Assembly: GCF_016433145.1 (NCBI RefSeq)
Contig: NC_058134.1
Span: 34,878,957-34,942,956, forward strand
Direction of reading: 5' to 3'
Source: Gracilinanus agilis
Lineage: Eukaryota
DNA length: 64,000 bases
Within the stretch, counting starts at the first letter, position 1. The number at the start of each line of letters is the position of its first letter. Both the position numbers and the translations under genes were made by a program. Under the pieces are notes generated by a model. That model was not told the origin of the DNA. It saw only the letters and a list, made by a program, of their open reading frames with translations, and did no database searches. This document shows positions 39,803-52,110 of the stretch, piece by piece.

Positions 39803-40299
39803 TTATGTGACACTGAAATGGACCTTCATTAGTCAAGTCAATTCAAGTGGTCCCATCGGGGTTACCTTCTACCCACTCTATATATGCATGAGTTTGAGAG
39901 TGTAAACATCTTGGGGGTAGGGGCTGTTTTTGTTCTTTCGTTGTATTCCCAGTGCTGGGCACATACCAAGTGTCTAATGAATGCTTCTTGATTCATTGGA
40001 GGATTGCTAATTCTGGTATTCCTCTAATGGTGTGTGGAATTGGGGACTTGGACTCTATTTCTAGATCAGTCTTGAAGGGGCTCTGGAATCCCTGAAGCAA
40101 ATGTGACCATGACACAGTACCATTCAACTGCAAGCATAAACTCTAAATCCAACAATGATATATCTGAAGAGCTCTCTGGACCAGATGTTAGGGATTAAAG
40201 TTGTTTTCAGTATTATTTGGGATCAGACTGAGTACTTCCTACATCTCCCTAGTTGAGATGAGCTGCTTCAGAACCCGCCTGGCCTCAAATAGTGATGAC

Positions 40300-40322
40300 G
40301 GGGGCTGGGGTAGGGAGGAGGG
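40300..40322 (+). other. Canonical G-quadruplex motif
   Basis: GGGGG-CT-GGGG-TA-GGG-AGGA-GGG. Confidence 0.5.
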
Positions 40323-43300
40323 CTATCATTGATGAAACTTATGGTTCTTTATATCTTATTGGACCTGATCATTGTTCCACTCTCCTGTGACAAAGATGCT
40401 ATAATTTACTCCTATCATTTCAAAATGGAGCATATATTTTTCTACGTGCTCTGTGGCAAGAAATCCCATTTCCACATCTGTCAAGCCCTACCCAAGGCAT
40501 ACATTTTTTGAAATATTATATAACCTAAGCTTGTTTCAATTTTACTTTTGTAAGAATTTTGATAAAGGCTTAAATTATAAAATAATATTAAAAACAATTT
40601 ACATAATGTAAGGAGCTAGGCAGTCAGTTAATAAGGAACTACTATGGCATTGTATCCTCTCATTGGAATCTTTCATTCCATAACACAAGCCTGGATACAA
40701 TAATTCTTTTCATATTCAAATTGTTCATCACATTGTCACCTCTTCAGAGAAAAGCCAGACACATCTTGCCCTATTACATAGGTATGGTCTAAGGTTATTT
40801 CTACCTAAGATTTTGATTTTTCTTTAAACAAAAGAATCATATGATCATAGTTGTAGAGCTAGAAGGACCTTGGAGGTCATTCTTTCTCTTTCTGTTACAG
40901 ATAGAAAAACTGAGGCTTGGTATCCAGATGAATTTAGTTGTAAATTGGTTTATGAAATGGTAAAAAGGGCCACAAGGTGATGTAGAAGACAAGAATCTTT
41001 CATTGTTTAATTTTAACTTACACGTATATTTGTTTTTAAAGATGAATGAGACATATTGAATTCCAAATTCATGGAATTGATTAAGCAGCTTATGCATTAA
41101 TTTCACAAATGTTAAAATGTAAATTCAAAGAACTTTCAAGTATGGAGCAATTCCTGGTATAATGGAAAGAACACTGGATTTGAGGACCTCTAAAGGCAAC
41201 TCCAGGCTCTTTCTTCACTATATTGTGTTGTGTGACCATGGAGAAGTCACTTAACCACTCTGGATAAAATGAGGAAGTTACAAAGGGTGTGGAATAGTGG
41301 AAAGGGTTATGTTTGGAAATATGTTTGTAATTACATGATTTGTCTTAAAATCCTGTCTCTATTTCTTAATACTTTGTTGACCCTGGGCATGTCATTTAAC
41401 CTCCCCTTATTACAGTTTTCTCATCTGTAAAATGTGAAGGTTGGAGTAGATGATCACTAAGGTCCTTTTCAGAACTAAAGTCAATCCCATGAAATATTGA
41501 AAAAATTGATATTATAGGTTAATTCCACTGTGCAGTCAATTTTGAAGGAGGGTAAAGGGAATCAAAGAGAGAGGGAGAGGGAAGATATGTCAGAATAAAA
41601 GCAAGAAAAGGGAAAGAGAAAATGATAAATATGATGAAGGAGGAAAATAGAAGGAGGAGATGGAGGAAGCAAAGAAATGGGGAGGTGAAAAGAAAGGAAG
41701 GGAGAAGAAAGCTAGAGGAATTTTAATTAAAAAGTTAAATAAAAATTGAAGTGGTGGTCTAATGGGTAAGGCAGAGCTATAAAATGTTGGAAGAAAAGAA
41801 AAAGTCTTGCTAAGTGATGACATGTAAGCAGACATGGTGTTCATACTACTCCATATGTTCTTAATATCCTGCCCCATCTCCCAAATTCCAAGTTTTCTGG
41901 ATGATTTTCCTTCTTGTTACCCCCTCCCATGGGGCTATTTTTCTCATATTACCATGTAACCCAATTTAAAATGATATTTTCTATAGTGTATCTATTCTAC
42001 ACAATGTAGTGAATCTGAACTGCATTATACTGACTTAGATAATGGGGAGCATATGATCTTTGGGTGATTTTTAACCCATTTGGAATTTGTATGGAGATTT
42101 CTTCCACTCTGTCAACATTGTAGGATAACAATAAAGAGAAAATAGAATTTTTGCAAAGGTAGCCAAATTCTATGATATGTATTGAGATTATAAAAGGACA
42201 GGACCATGTGTAAATGGCAGACTAAAGCATTTATTAAATATCTAGTAGGTAAATATCATCTTCTTCAAACAAAGTCAAAATCTGTCTTTTGTAATACCCA
42301 GTGGAATATCTTGATAATATCCTTTTCTCAAAGGCTTATAAAAGCTGACAATAAGGAAAAAGACAGAATTCAGAGAATTTTTGAGATAGACATATTTCAT
42401 TATAGTTATATTCTTATTTATAAAAACAATCAAGTAGTTCAGCAAGAATACAATTAATTTTTTTCTTTGGCATTTATTTAAAAATGTCAACTTTCACATT
42501 AACATGATAAGTTATATGATCCAAAAGATCATTTTGAGACATTGGGGAGTAAAGTTATAAAGAAGCAGATTTGGAGTCAGGGCAACTGGGATTTAAATCC
42601 TGCCTCTGACACAGACTGGCTATATGACCATATGACCTCGAAGAGCACTCTAAGTCAATAATTTGCAGAGCAATTGACCATCTATATCATTAGGGGTAGA
42701 TCTTCAGTAAGGAACTCCCTATATCATTGAAATCTGAAGTCCAGGGGGGAAATGACCTAATAGAAAATAGGATCATAGATATAAAGTTAGATAGTAGCTG
42801 TGATTAGTCCAAGATTATATAGCATATATGTGAAGTAGAATTCAAGCCATACTATTCCTGATACCAAGTTCAGCACTCTGTACTACATATGCTAAAGATC
42901 TCTAATTTTATCATTGTGAAAACTCCTTCTACCAATTAGATGACTTTGGAGATAATTTTATGTTGCCGCAACGGTCAATCAGATCACCCACTTTAGCCAG
43001 TCTTATCATGAGCATCTAAGATCATTCTTGCCTAGGTCTCAGGTAATAGAATCACATTTTATTATCAGTTCATTTTCAAAACCATTACAGCCTTATAGGA
43101 CCTGTTAGAGCTTATACTATTTTAGCCATGACTTTAGAGCCAGAGTTATTCAGTCACTCAATAAGCGTTTATTAATTATTTACTATGTACCCCAGACACT
43201 ACAGTAAACATCGGGGATAAAAAAAAAACCCAAACTTTGGTTCTTTACCTTAAAGAACACACATTTTGTTGGGGCAGAAAACATTCAAACATTGTACATA

Positions 43301-44821
43301 CAAGATACAGAGAGAAGTCACTAACAGTGGATTGGAGGGAACATAGAAAGATCATCTACTGAAGAGAGGATTTGAACATAATCTTGAAGGAATTCAAGTC
43401 AAGATTAGGTTCACGAGTGGATTTTCTTTGTAGGGAGTGCAAAGTATATTACAATTATAGGGCAATCAAACAAACTATTTTGGGTCTTGGCATTTTAAAG
43501 ACATAAAAAGGAATGTTCTCATTAGAAAGCAAACTAGTTAATTAATGTGAGCAGCAAGAAGGAATGAACCCAGAGAAAAGGGATGTTTCCTCTACCATCA
43601 ATGGTGGTGAAATGAGATTCTTAGGTGGTAGATTATTGTCATTGTGCATGTGAGAAGACGCCCCTGCCATTCACCTGAGTGATGTGAGGGAAAATAATCT
43701 GCCTATAACAGGCCATGACTTTCTATTCCTTTCATCAGGACAAAACCACCTGTCAAAAGGGAAAGAAAAAGACTGCTCTAGAGGTTAGCACTTTTCCCCA
43801 CATGAAAGAGACAACTCACTAGTTATCGCCTTAAACAGCAACATGGCTATCAGACACTGAGGGCTCATTACTGTGACAGTGACAGGAAACCCTCTGAAAA
43901 ATGGGTATGTCAGAACAGGAATTAGATTTTGGATCCTCCACTGTACTTTAGGGTTTCCTGCTAGAACTGTGAACAAAGGATGCACAAATATAGGAATGAC
44001 CTTGGTATTCTTCACCAAATGAGAGCATTTAAAGGGGAGGAGAATGAAGTGCTTTTGGCTCCACAGGGGACACAAGACTTGAGGTCTTCCCATATGTGGC
44101 AAGAAGACAGGTGCTCACTAAAGAGGATTCTACAGAGCTCTGTATATCTGATGATCTAGCCACCAGATTTAGATAATCTTTTCTTCAAATTTCAGTTGTA
44201 AAGGAATAGGTGTATTGAGGAGAGGCAGCCTGGGGGAGTGAATGGGGGTTAGCCTTGGGAGTCTTGGAGACCTGATTCAAGTCCTGCCTCCTATGGAACC
44301 TCTAGAAAGAAACCTGACCCCTCTGTGCCACCAGGCAACTCTGTAAGGTTGGATGTTACAGATAAGTCACTGATCTGCTTCACTTTCTATGCAGGGAGTT
44401 CTAGAAAGTATAGGTACTGGAGTAAGAGGAGCTGGGTTCAAATCCCACCTTTAATTCTTCCTACCTATTCAACCTTGGGAAAGGCATTTGACTTCCTAGA
44501 TCCTGCTTTTTTTATTCATAGAATAAAAAAATGGACCTGGATATCCTCTATGATCTCTTAACATTTTTACATCTATGAGTCCATGAGCTTTTAGATATGA
44601 ATTTTACTCATATCCATCTTAGAAAGAAATGGAGAATTTAGTGGAATATAAATACTTTTTAAGAAAAATTGAATGGAAAGGCATTATAGAAGACTTTCAT
44701 ATAATAGATATAGTCTTGCTTTTGGTTAAATGTTTTTCTGCATTTAGGAATCACCTGATTTGGAACAAATTCCAATTTGAATAGAATCAGAACCCAAAGC
44801 ACTGAAATAATAAATCTAGAC

Positions 44822-45276
44822 CAGTTGTTCTCATAGTGTGGTCCAGAGACTTCTGTGGGTATTTAAGACCCTTTCAGGCCATCCACAAAATAAAAACTAT
44901 TTTCATAACAATGCTAAGATGTTTTGATTATTAATCCTTATTAATATGGTATTAGGCATCATATAACATGGTAAGTATAGGAAACAAAATATCTTGCTAT
45001 TATTATGAAAATTATTGAATACTTTAATTTCTAATATTTACCATACTAGATATGAAAATATTTTAGTAATATTATGATGATATTGATAAAATCTCCATAT
45101 ATCTATATAATATTATTAAACATATTGGTAGTCCAACGGGGCTGCAATGAAGGTCCCATAACTCAATAAAACAACCCCCCTCAACCCCCACCAAAAATCA
45201 AAAACTCTTTCAGGAGTTCTCAGTAATTTTTAAGAGCACAAAGGAGTTCTGAGATAAAAAAGATGTAGAACTGTTC
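44822..45276. mobile_element. Old hAT-Charlie non-autonomous element (MER33/Charlie-like)
   Basis: Starts cagttgttctcatagtgtggtcc after atctagac; AT-rich interior; decayed right TIR. Confidence 0.6.
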
Positions 45277-46027
45277 GTCCAGATCAAGAGTAGCCTGGTG
45301 TTATGGAAATAATAGGAATGATGATGAGCAAAGTTAAATAACCTAACCCTTCACAAGTTATTCCATTTTCAACTCACATTTAAAGGTTTCCTGCCCTTGA
45401 AAAGTTTTAAGCCTTTGATTTTATCGTAGCTCATAACTTAAGTACAAATCTACAGAGGAAAACTACCTGGCTGAAGAACATGATATTGCTGATTCTATAA
45501 CAGGCACTCTGTTCAGACTCAACAAAGTATGGATTGGAATTATAGCTGCTAAAACTCAATACATAAATTTACTTCTACCCAACCCAGGAGTATTTCCTTA
45601 GTTGCCAAGAGAAAGGTGTAATTTCCCCAGTTAAGAATTCCATCTCTCCTTGGGTTTCCTTCATAATTACAGACATTGGTCTCATCTGGCCCAAGAGTTC
45701 AGTTCATCTTCATTCTTCCCATTGTTTGTCACTTATCCTGGCATGATCTTGATTTCCTTTGGTATTTCTACTTTCCTGGGAAATTCCCACCCCCCCACCC
45801 CCCTGCTAACCTCCATTTCTCATAACTCTATTATGAGAGTCAAGTGACAAATTCAGTTTGGTTAGTTGATTCACAAGCTGAGAGTTGCTTGTGATTTTGG
45901 TCCTCGGTTTTATGTGGGACCTTTCAGTGATGTCTGATTGAAAACCACCATGGAAGAACAATAACAGCAGCTCACAGATTTATTCTCTGGGAGAAACAAG
46001 GTTACTTAATTGATTTAAAATATAAGG

Positions 46028-46224
46028 AATCATAGAAACAATTAACAATTTCATTGAAGACAATGACAATGATGAGACTTCTTACCAAAACCTATGGGAT
46101 ACAGCCAAAGCAGTTCTAAGGGAAAAATTTATATCACTGAGTGCATATATTAACAAATTAGGGAGGGCAGGGGTTAATGAATTGGGCATGCAACTTAAAA
46201 AACTAGAAAATGAACAGATTAAAA
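46028..46224 (+). mobile_element. Isolated internal L1_Mdo ORF2 fragment (EN-RT linker)
   Basis: Open translation IIETINNFIEDNDNDETSYQNLWDTAKAVLREKFISLSAYINKLGRAGVNELGMQLKKLENEQIK; no 3'UTR or poly(A). Confidence 0.92.
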
Positions 46225-46589
46225 TATCAAGGAAAACATCTCATAAATAAGAAATAGATCTAAATCATTTTTCTACCATCCTTATTCTCTATGTAGGGAA
46301 GGGAAGGGAACAAGTCCTTATTAAGCATCCACTTCACGCCAGTCTAAATGCTTTAAAATATTAATTATGTTATTGTATCCTCTCAGCAGTGTTGTTGGGT
46401 AGGTGCTATTTATAAATATGTTCATTTAACTGTTGAGGAAACTGAGACAGGTTAAGTTACTTGCCCAGGGACATGCAGCAAATAAGTGTCTGAGACTGAC
46501 TTTGAACTTGTTTATCTTCTGTGCCACCTGAGTAAGATTAGCCCATAGAACTTTTCTTGTAATGGAAGAAGCATTGTGGCTAGCCTTAG

Positions 46590-47340
46590 GCTCTGACCAT
46601 CTGAAAATTCAACTTATTTTGAAACTTAAAGGTCTCTTTAGGAGAGCACTCATGCAATTTGCTATGTTTTATTGATTCCATCTCCCAACATATTTCATCT
46701 GTACCCTACCTATTCATATTCTAGTTTAGGCCCTTGTCACTTCTTATCTCTATTATTGCAGTAGTCTCCTAATTGGCTTCCGATTCATCTTCTAAAGAGT
46801 CACCAAATTGATATTCCTAAAGTGTAGGGCTGACTATGCCATTTCTCCCTCAACAATCACCTGAAGGATGAAATAAAAAATTTTCAGCTTGGTATTTGAA
46901 GCTTTTTACAAGAAGGTTTCCTTCTAATTTTCTAGTCAATTCATTTTACTCCCCTTCCTGAATTCATTAATCTAATAAAAATGCCAGGCTGGGTATTTCC
47001 TGGAAATAACTTTAAAACTCCTCCCTCCATGCACAGGTAGTACTCTATGTCTGAAAGGCTGTCTTCCCTATCTCTGCTTCTTAGAATCTCTGGCTTCCTT
47101 AAAGTATAGTGTAGAGTCCTTTCCTATTCTCCTCTCTAATAAATGCTCTCTCCCTCATTATCTTGCCTTGTATAATTGATTTCTATTTGTTTGTACACAT
47201 ATTTCATTCCCCAAGAAAAATGTAACTTCCCTGAAGTCAGGGACTGCTCTGTTTTTGGCATTTTATTCCAACCGACTATCTTACTACCTTACCTACAGTA
47301 AATGCTTCATGAATGTTTATTGAGTTGAATTGAATTTACT
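46590..47340 (+). mobile_element. L2 3' fragment
   Basis: ggcccttgtcacttcttatctctattattgcagtagtctcctaattgg...atgcttcatgaatgtttattgag. Confidence 0.75.
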
Positions 47341-47480
47341 GAAAATCCAAACTATTTAGGGATCTCTCTACTCATCTGCTGACCTCTTCCCTCAGAGTAA
47401 ACTTTATTTGGGACACACAAAAGGCAGCTAAAGGGCCCAGTGAATAGGGGCACTAGACTTGAGTTCAAGTCCAGTCTCAG

Positions 47481-47675
47481 GGGCAGCAAGGTGGCTCAGT
47501 GGATAGAATGCCAGGCCTGCAGATAGGAAGTCCTGGGTTCAAATTTGGCTTCAGATACTTCCTAGCTCGGTGAAATCGGGCAAGGTATTTAGCACCAATT
47601 GCCTCACCCTTATCACTCTTCTGCCTTGGGACTGATACTCAGCATCAATTCTCAGAGAAAGTAAGAGTAAAAAAA
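47481..47675 (+). mobile_element. SINE1_Mdo-like SINE
   Basis: Full match; TSD tccagtctcag / tctagtctcag. Confidence 0.88.
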
Positions 47676-47705
47676 CATCTAGTCTCAGCCATTTCGTAGT
47701 TGTGT

Positions 47706-47803
47706 ACTGTTGTGTGGAGATGCAAAGCATGGCAACCCTGCAAAGGTACAGGGATAGCCTCACCTTTGCAGGGTTGCCATGCTTTGCATCTCCACACAAC
47801 AGT
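47706..47803. repeat. Perfect 42-bp inverted repeat with a 14-nt spacer (mini-MITE or hairpin RNA candidate)
   Basis: 47706-47747 actgttgtgtggagatgcaaagcatggcaaccctgcaaaggt is the exact reverse complement of 47762-47803. Confidence 0.98.
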
Positions 47804-49846
47804 GACCTTGGAAAAAATCACTTAACCTTTTTCCACCTCCATCTCTTTATCTATAAAATGGGGAAAGTAATAATACTTACATCACTGTATATTATTAAAA
47901 TATTAAAATAATATTTTCAGTGCTTTGCAAACAATAAAGTGCTATGTAATACTAAGATTTATTATTGTCATAAGCATTAAAGTAAGAACAAGGTTCTTCT
48001 CCTGGACTTTGGCTAATGTTTTGTAGTCACGTAATTTTTGATATTTCAAGGGTGGAAGAATTGAGTTTCCTCCTCTCCTTCATACCCCATGAACCTTGTC
48101 TGAGATCTAAAAGTGGATATTATAGCTAGCTCTTGATTAGATTGATTCATTGAAGGATGTGGGCACGAATCACATGGGATGGGAAGACATGAGATAGTTT
48201 GCTTTTGATCTGAACTCAAACCTTCAACTTCAGGTCCAGGACTCCACCAATTGTGCCACCTAAATAAGATCAGTCCATGTAGCTTTTCTTGTAATGGTAG
48301 AAGCAATGGGTATTGTGATTAGGCTTGGATGGAAACACTTAAGGCCCAGTTGCTGTGTATATATTTAATTTCTGCCTACTAAGATTATCTGATTCGTGGG
48401 CTTTAGGAATAAACAGAATGCCAGCCCATGTGGGGAGAAGAAAGTTGTGATTTTCCTTCTTGTTATTCCAGTAAGCAGATGGGGGAAGCATCTGTTGACA
48501 TAATCATCATAGTTCGAAAAGTTCTTGACCCACTGCACAGATTTTGACAAACATTGTCCACATTTCCTTGCTGGAGACAATTTGCCTCAATTCAGTGGCA
48601 CTAATTACAGGGACTGGAGTCCCCCCTCCTGCCATGGAGACTCATACATTTCACAGACTCTGATTCAGGTAATTAAATAGCCTTTCATTACAGCTTTTGT
48701 GGTGGTATGGAGTTAGTAGGAAATTCAGAAAAGTTCATTCAAACTCAATAAGCTGGCCAATGCACAAAGACTATAGGAATAATTCCAACTTTATGTCTCT
48801 TGATTCACAAAGCATTCCCTAAACAAATGCACATCCTTTATCTGCTAGCTAAAGTAATAATCATCCTTCTGCACTTGGGTAAATTTCTTCTGAGAAAGGA
48901 GCTCAAACATTTCTTTTAAAAAAGTCAGTCTATGAGCAGCTGTAGGAATCAGAGCCCAGGCAGTTGAAGAAGGTGGGGAGGAGAAGGTTGGGGTCATAAA
49001 AGACTAAAACAGAAGCTCCTCTCTTTTCAGGTACAGTCACAACCACAAGATTCTATTGCTGGAGGAGAGCTTGAGATCATCAAGTTTGGTTCCCCAAGTT
49101 TAAGGATGAGGAGACAAATCTAGACAAATGAAGTGATTTGAGCCCACAGAATGAAGGCTAAAGAGCTTTGAACTTAGAATCAGGAGATCCCTGAGGCTGA
49201 ATGTCAGCTTTGACACCTACTCACTGTGCTCATGCTACCCCTATTTGAGTCTCAATATCCTCATCTGTGAAATGGGGAAGGCGATACTTGCTTTGCCTAC
49301 CCCCTGGTGATGTTATGAGGTAAAATGATCCAGCCAGGGCAATAAGAAGTGACTAAGTGCTGATTATGTGCCAGGCACTGTGCTAGTCACTGGGAATACA
49401 AAAAAAGGGTAAGAACAGTCCTTGCCTTCAAGGAGCTCAAAATTCGAAGGGGGAGATAATAAACAAACTATGTAAAAACAAATTCAGATAATTTCAGAGG
49501 TAAGGAGCTAGCAGTAAGTGGGACTAGGGAAAGCTTCTTGCAGAAGGAACAACATTAGCTGAGACGGGAAGGAAGCTAGGGAAACTAGGAGCTGGAGGTG
49601 AGGAGGGAGAGCATTCCAGCTATGGAGAATAACCAGTGGAATGTCCAAGTGAGAGGTGAATTGCATTGTGTAAGGAGCATCAAGGAAGCCATTATCGCTG
49701 GATCATAGAGTATACGGAGAGTATAATAGTATAAGAAGAATGGAAAGGTAGAAAAAGTGAGCTTGGGTTCTAAAGGCTTTTAGAGGCCAAACACAAGATT
49801 TTATATTTATCCTGGAAGTGGTAGGGAGTCACTGGACTGTTCAAGT

Positions 49847-49848
<2 letters not shown>

Positions 49849-49894
<46 letters not shown>
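49849..49894. repeat. (GT)23 microsatellite
   Basis: Direct reading of the sequence. Confidence 0.97.
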
Positions 49895-49899
<5 letters not shown>

Positions 49900-50175
49900 A
49901 TATCTCTTCTTAATGTCTTCATTGCTGTCAAAGGCACCACCACTCTTCCAGTCATCAAGACTCATGCCCAAGGTGTTATCCCTGACTCTTCACTCTCCCT
50001 CATTCCCATATCCAATATGGCACCAAGTCTTTGATTTTACATTTACATTTCTCATCTAGACCTTTTCCCTCCTTTGACATTGCTGCTACAGGACAGACCC
50101 TTCTCACATCATATCTGGACTACTGCAATAGACTTCTATTTGGTCTCCCAGGCTCAAGTCTTTCATACTTTAGTT

Positions 50176-50416
50176 CTGTGTTGGTGAAGGTATGGCATGC
50201 ATGCCCCAGCATGCCAGAGGGGGCTGTTCCATTCCCCCTTGCCCCCATGCCCAAGGACAATTTTCACATGCCCTGTCCCTCTGCACAGCAGCCCAATTCA
50301 AGGAGTTCCTCCCTCCTGGCTGTCTGAGGTAATGTGGGCAGGGGAGAGGGGAGGCCTCACAGGCAGCTTGAAGGCGCAATTTGGGCATGCAGTCTCTAAA
50401 AGGTTCACCAACACTG
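50176..50416. mobile_element. OC1-like non-autonomous hAT MITE inserted in L2
   Basis: ctgtgttggtgaaggtatggcatgcatgcc ... aaaaggttcaccaacactg; body similar to 36718-36940. Confidence 0.75.
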
Positions 50417-51269
50417 CATCTAGTCTATCCTCAGCAATCAAAGGGATCTTTCTAAAGTGTATCCCTTATTCAGTAAACTCCAGTGACTTCTATTTACTTG
50501 TAGGAACACATCTAAAATCCTCTGGTTGACTCTGAATACCCTTCCCAACTCTTCCTAAGTCCCTCTTCTGTCTTTCCTTTCTTTTTATACCTTATTCCCA
50601 TCTATGTATGCTATATTATACTGATACTAGCCTCCTTACTCCTTGAACAATGTGCTCCATCTCCTGATGTCATGTATTTTCATTGGCTGTTCTCCTTGCA
50701 TGGAATGCCCTTACTTCTCATCTCTATCTCCTTGTCTTTCTGTCTTTCTTCAAGTCTCAACTAAAATCCCACTTTCTGCCAAATGACTTCCCTACTCCTC
50801 ATTAATCATCACAACTTCTCTGTAAGATTATTTCTAATTTATCCTGTATAGAACTTGTTTGTACATGGCTGTTTGCTTGTTGTTGCACCTATTAAAGTAC
50901 TTGAGATCAAAGTCTTTGGATATTTTCTTTTTTTGTGTCCCTAGTGCTTAGCATATGGATTGAAACAGAGCAGGCACTTAATTCATGCTTGTTGATTTGA
51001 CATGACCTACTCTAGGAAGCCAAGTGGAGGATAGAGTGGAGGCAGGGGTATGATCACTAGGCTATTGCAATTGTCAAGGCATGAGGTGATGAGGACCTGT
51101 ATAAAGGTGGTGGCAGGGTAAGAAGAGAGTAGGGGGCTTAAATGAGATAACTTGGGAAGTTAGGCTAGGACTTGGCAACAGATTAAAACGAGAGAGGGAC
51201 AAGCAAGAGGATCAGGTGAAGATAACTAGGAAGAGGGCTTTGTCAGCCTTAGTCTTTGCCAACTTCACT

Positions 51270-52110
51270 TTGTGAAGTGCCTCAGTATTATTAGTACTTC
51301 CCAAGGTCGTATAGTGAGTCAGTGCCTTTCAAATTCAATAAGAGAGGGATTACAGCAATGGCATTACCAATACAGAATGACCAATTACAGCCCTTGATGG
51401 TTATTGCCTGGAAGGCTATAGTGAATTTTGCAAACTCAGATCCTTCTGGACAACTTCATTACATTTTAGTTGGCTTGTTATAATCCATTATTTATCAGTC
51501 CTCTGGCTGCTTTGCTCACCTGTTTTTTGGTCTCCTCTGATAATGCTGGAAGGCCAAGAGAACTTCACTACCTAGAGCCAGATTAAAAGACTCTTCCCTC
51601 TCCTAATATCAGTCTTCTAAACCATTGATTCACCAGGGAGTAGATGTAGAGTACAGAGGGACTTTCTCCAAAGAATTGTCTCTTTCCAACTTCATCCTTT
51701 GCTCTTCTCCATTCCAAACCACACCAGATCCTATTAATGACAACTTGGACTCTAGGGCTACATGCAAGTGTAGGAAGTGGTAGAGTTAGAGGTCTAGAAA
51801 CAAAGCCAGGAGATGTTGGGGTCACCATCAATGTCACCAGAGGTGAAAAATCTCCTTTCCCAAGAGCAGCCCCATGAAGAAACTCTTTTGCATTCAGACT
51901 TTTGCTGAGATCTAGCCTCTGTGGTCCAGATTTTGATTAACATTCTGTGAAGCAGAACTGCCGGAAAGCAGCAGGAGCCTTCCATGGTACCTGCGGAAAC
52001 ATCCTTATATTCTGGCATCATGGAAATTCTACTCTGGCTACTTCATAGATCATTCCTGTGATACACCCAAAAATCCCCCAGACAATTGATACATCCCTTC
52101 CACAGGGCAA
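51270..52110 (+). mobile_element. Ancient LINE ORF2 remnant, probably RTE-X/L4-like
   Basis: Across frameshifts: endonuclease-end-like DPSGQLHY...VIIHY, then *PxVVQILINIL*SRTAGKQQEPSMVPAE (like WPPV..LINxLKxGKAPGPDxIPAE), then NPPDN*YIP / HPFHR (like IPxDW..IIPxxKKG). Confidence 0.5.

Larger units (their letters stand above)
47421..47955 (+). mobile_element. MIR host carrying two later insertions (SINE1 at 47481-47675 and hairpin at 47706-47803)
   Basis: Removing both inserts restores gttcaagtccagtctcag-ccatttcgtagttgtgt-gaccttgg...tcacttaacc...aaaatgggg. Confidence 0.8.
49330..51265 (-). mobile_element. Minus-strand L2 (49330-49850 and 51000-51265) interrupted by a plus-strand L2 (49895-51000)
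   Basis: Minus part translates TFIQVLITSCLDNCNSL (L2 TLVQALITSRLDYCNSL); the plus copy has GQTLLTSYLDYCNRLLFGLP and a complete 3' tail. Confidence 0.78.

Noticed and set aside
39780-39836. ATG at 39836 as the start of a standalone 253-aa protein
   Set aside because: The first 19 codons are intron containing the branch point and pyrimidine tract; homology starts exactly at the acceptor.
51511-51537. Minus-strand peptide EETKKQVSK resembles the KCNH8 penultimate exon (EETKQQINK)
   Set aside because: Flanks do not match (no IGAAVLFIKA before, no LNSE plus donor after), stops lie nearby, and the region reads better as a LINE remnant. The preceding exons appear to lie beyond 64000.
51570-52110. 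Minus-frame motif fragments resembling a kinase Gly loop (LGKGDFS, ESPSVLY), gypsy RT (W...K.....RQFFG) or bornavirus L
   Set aside because: Key catalytic motifs (HRD/DFG, YxDD, GDNQ) are missing and the spacings are inconsistent. Several unrelated families fit equally weakly, which suggests noise.
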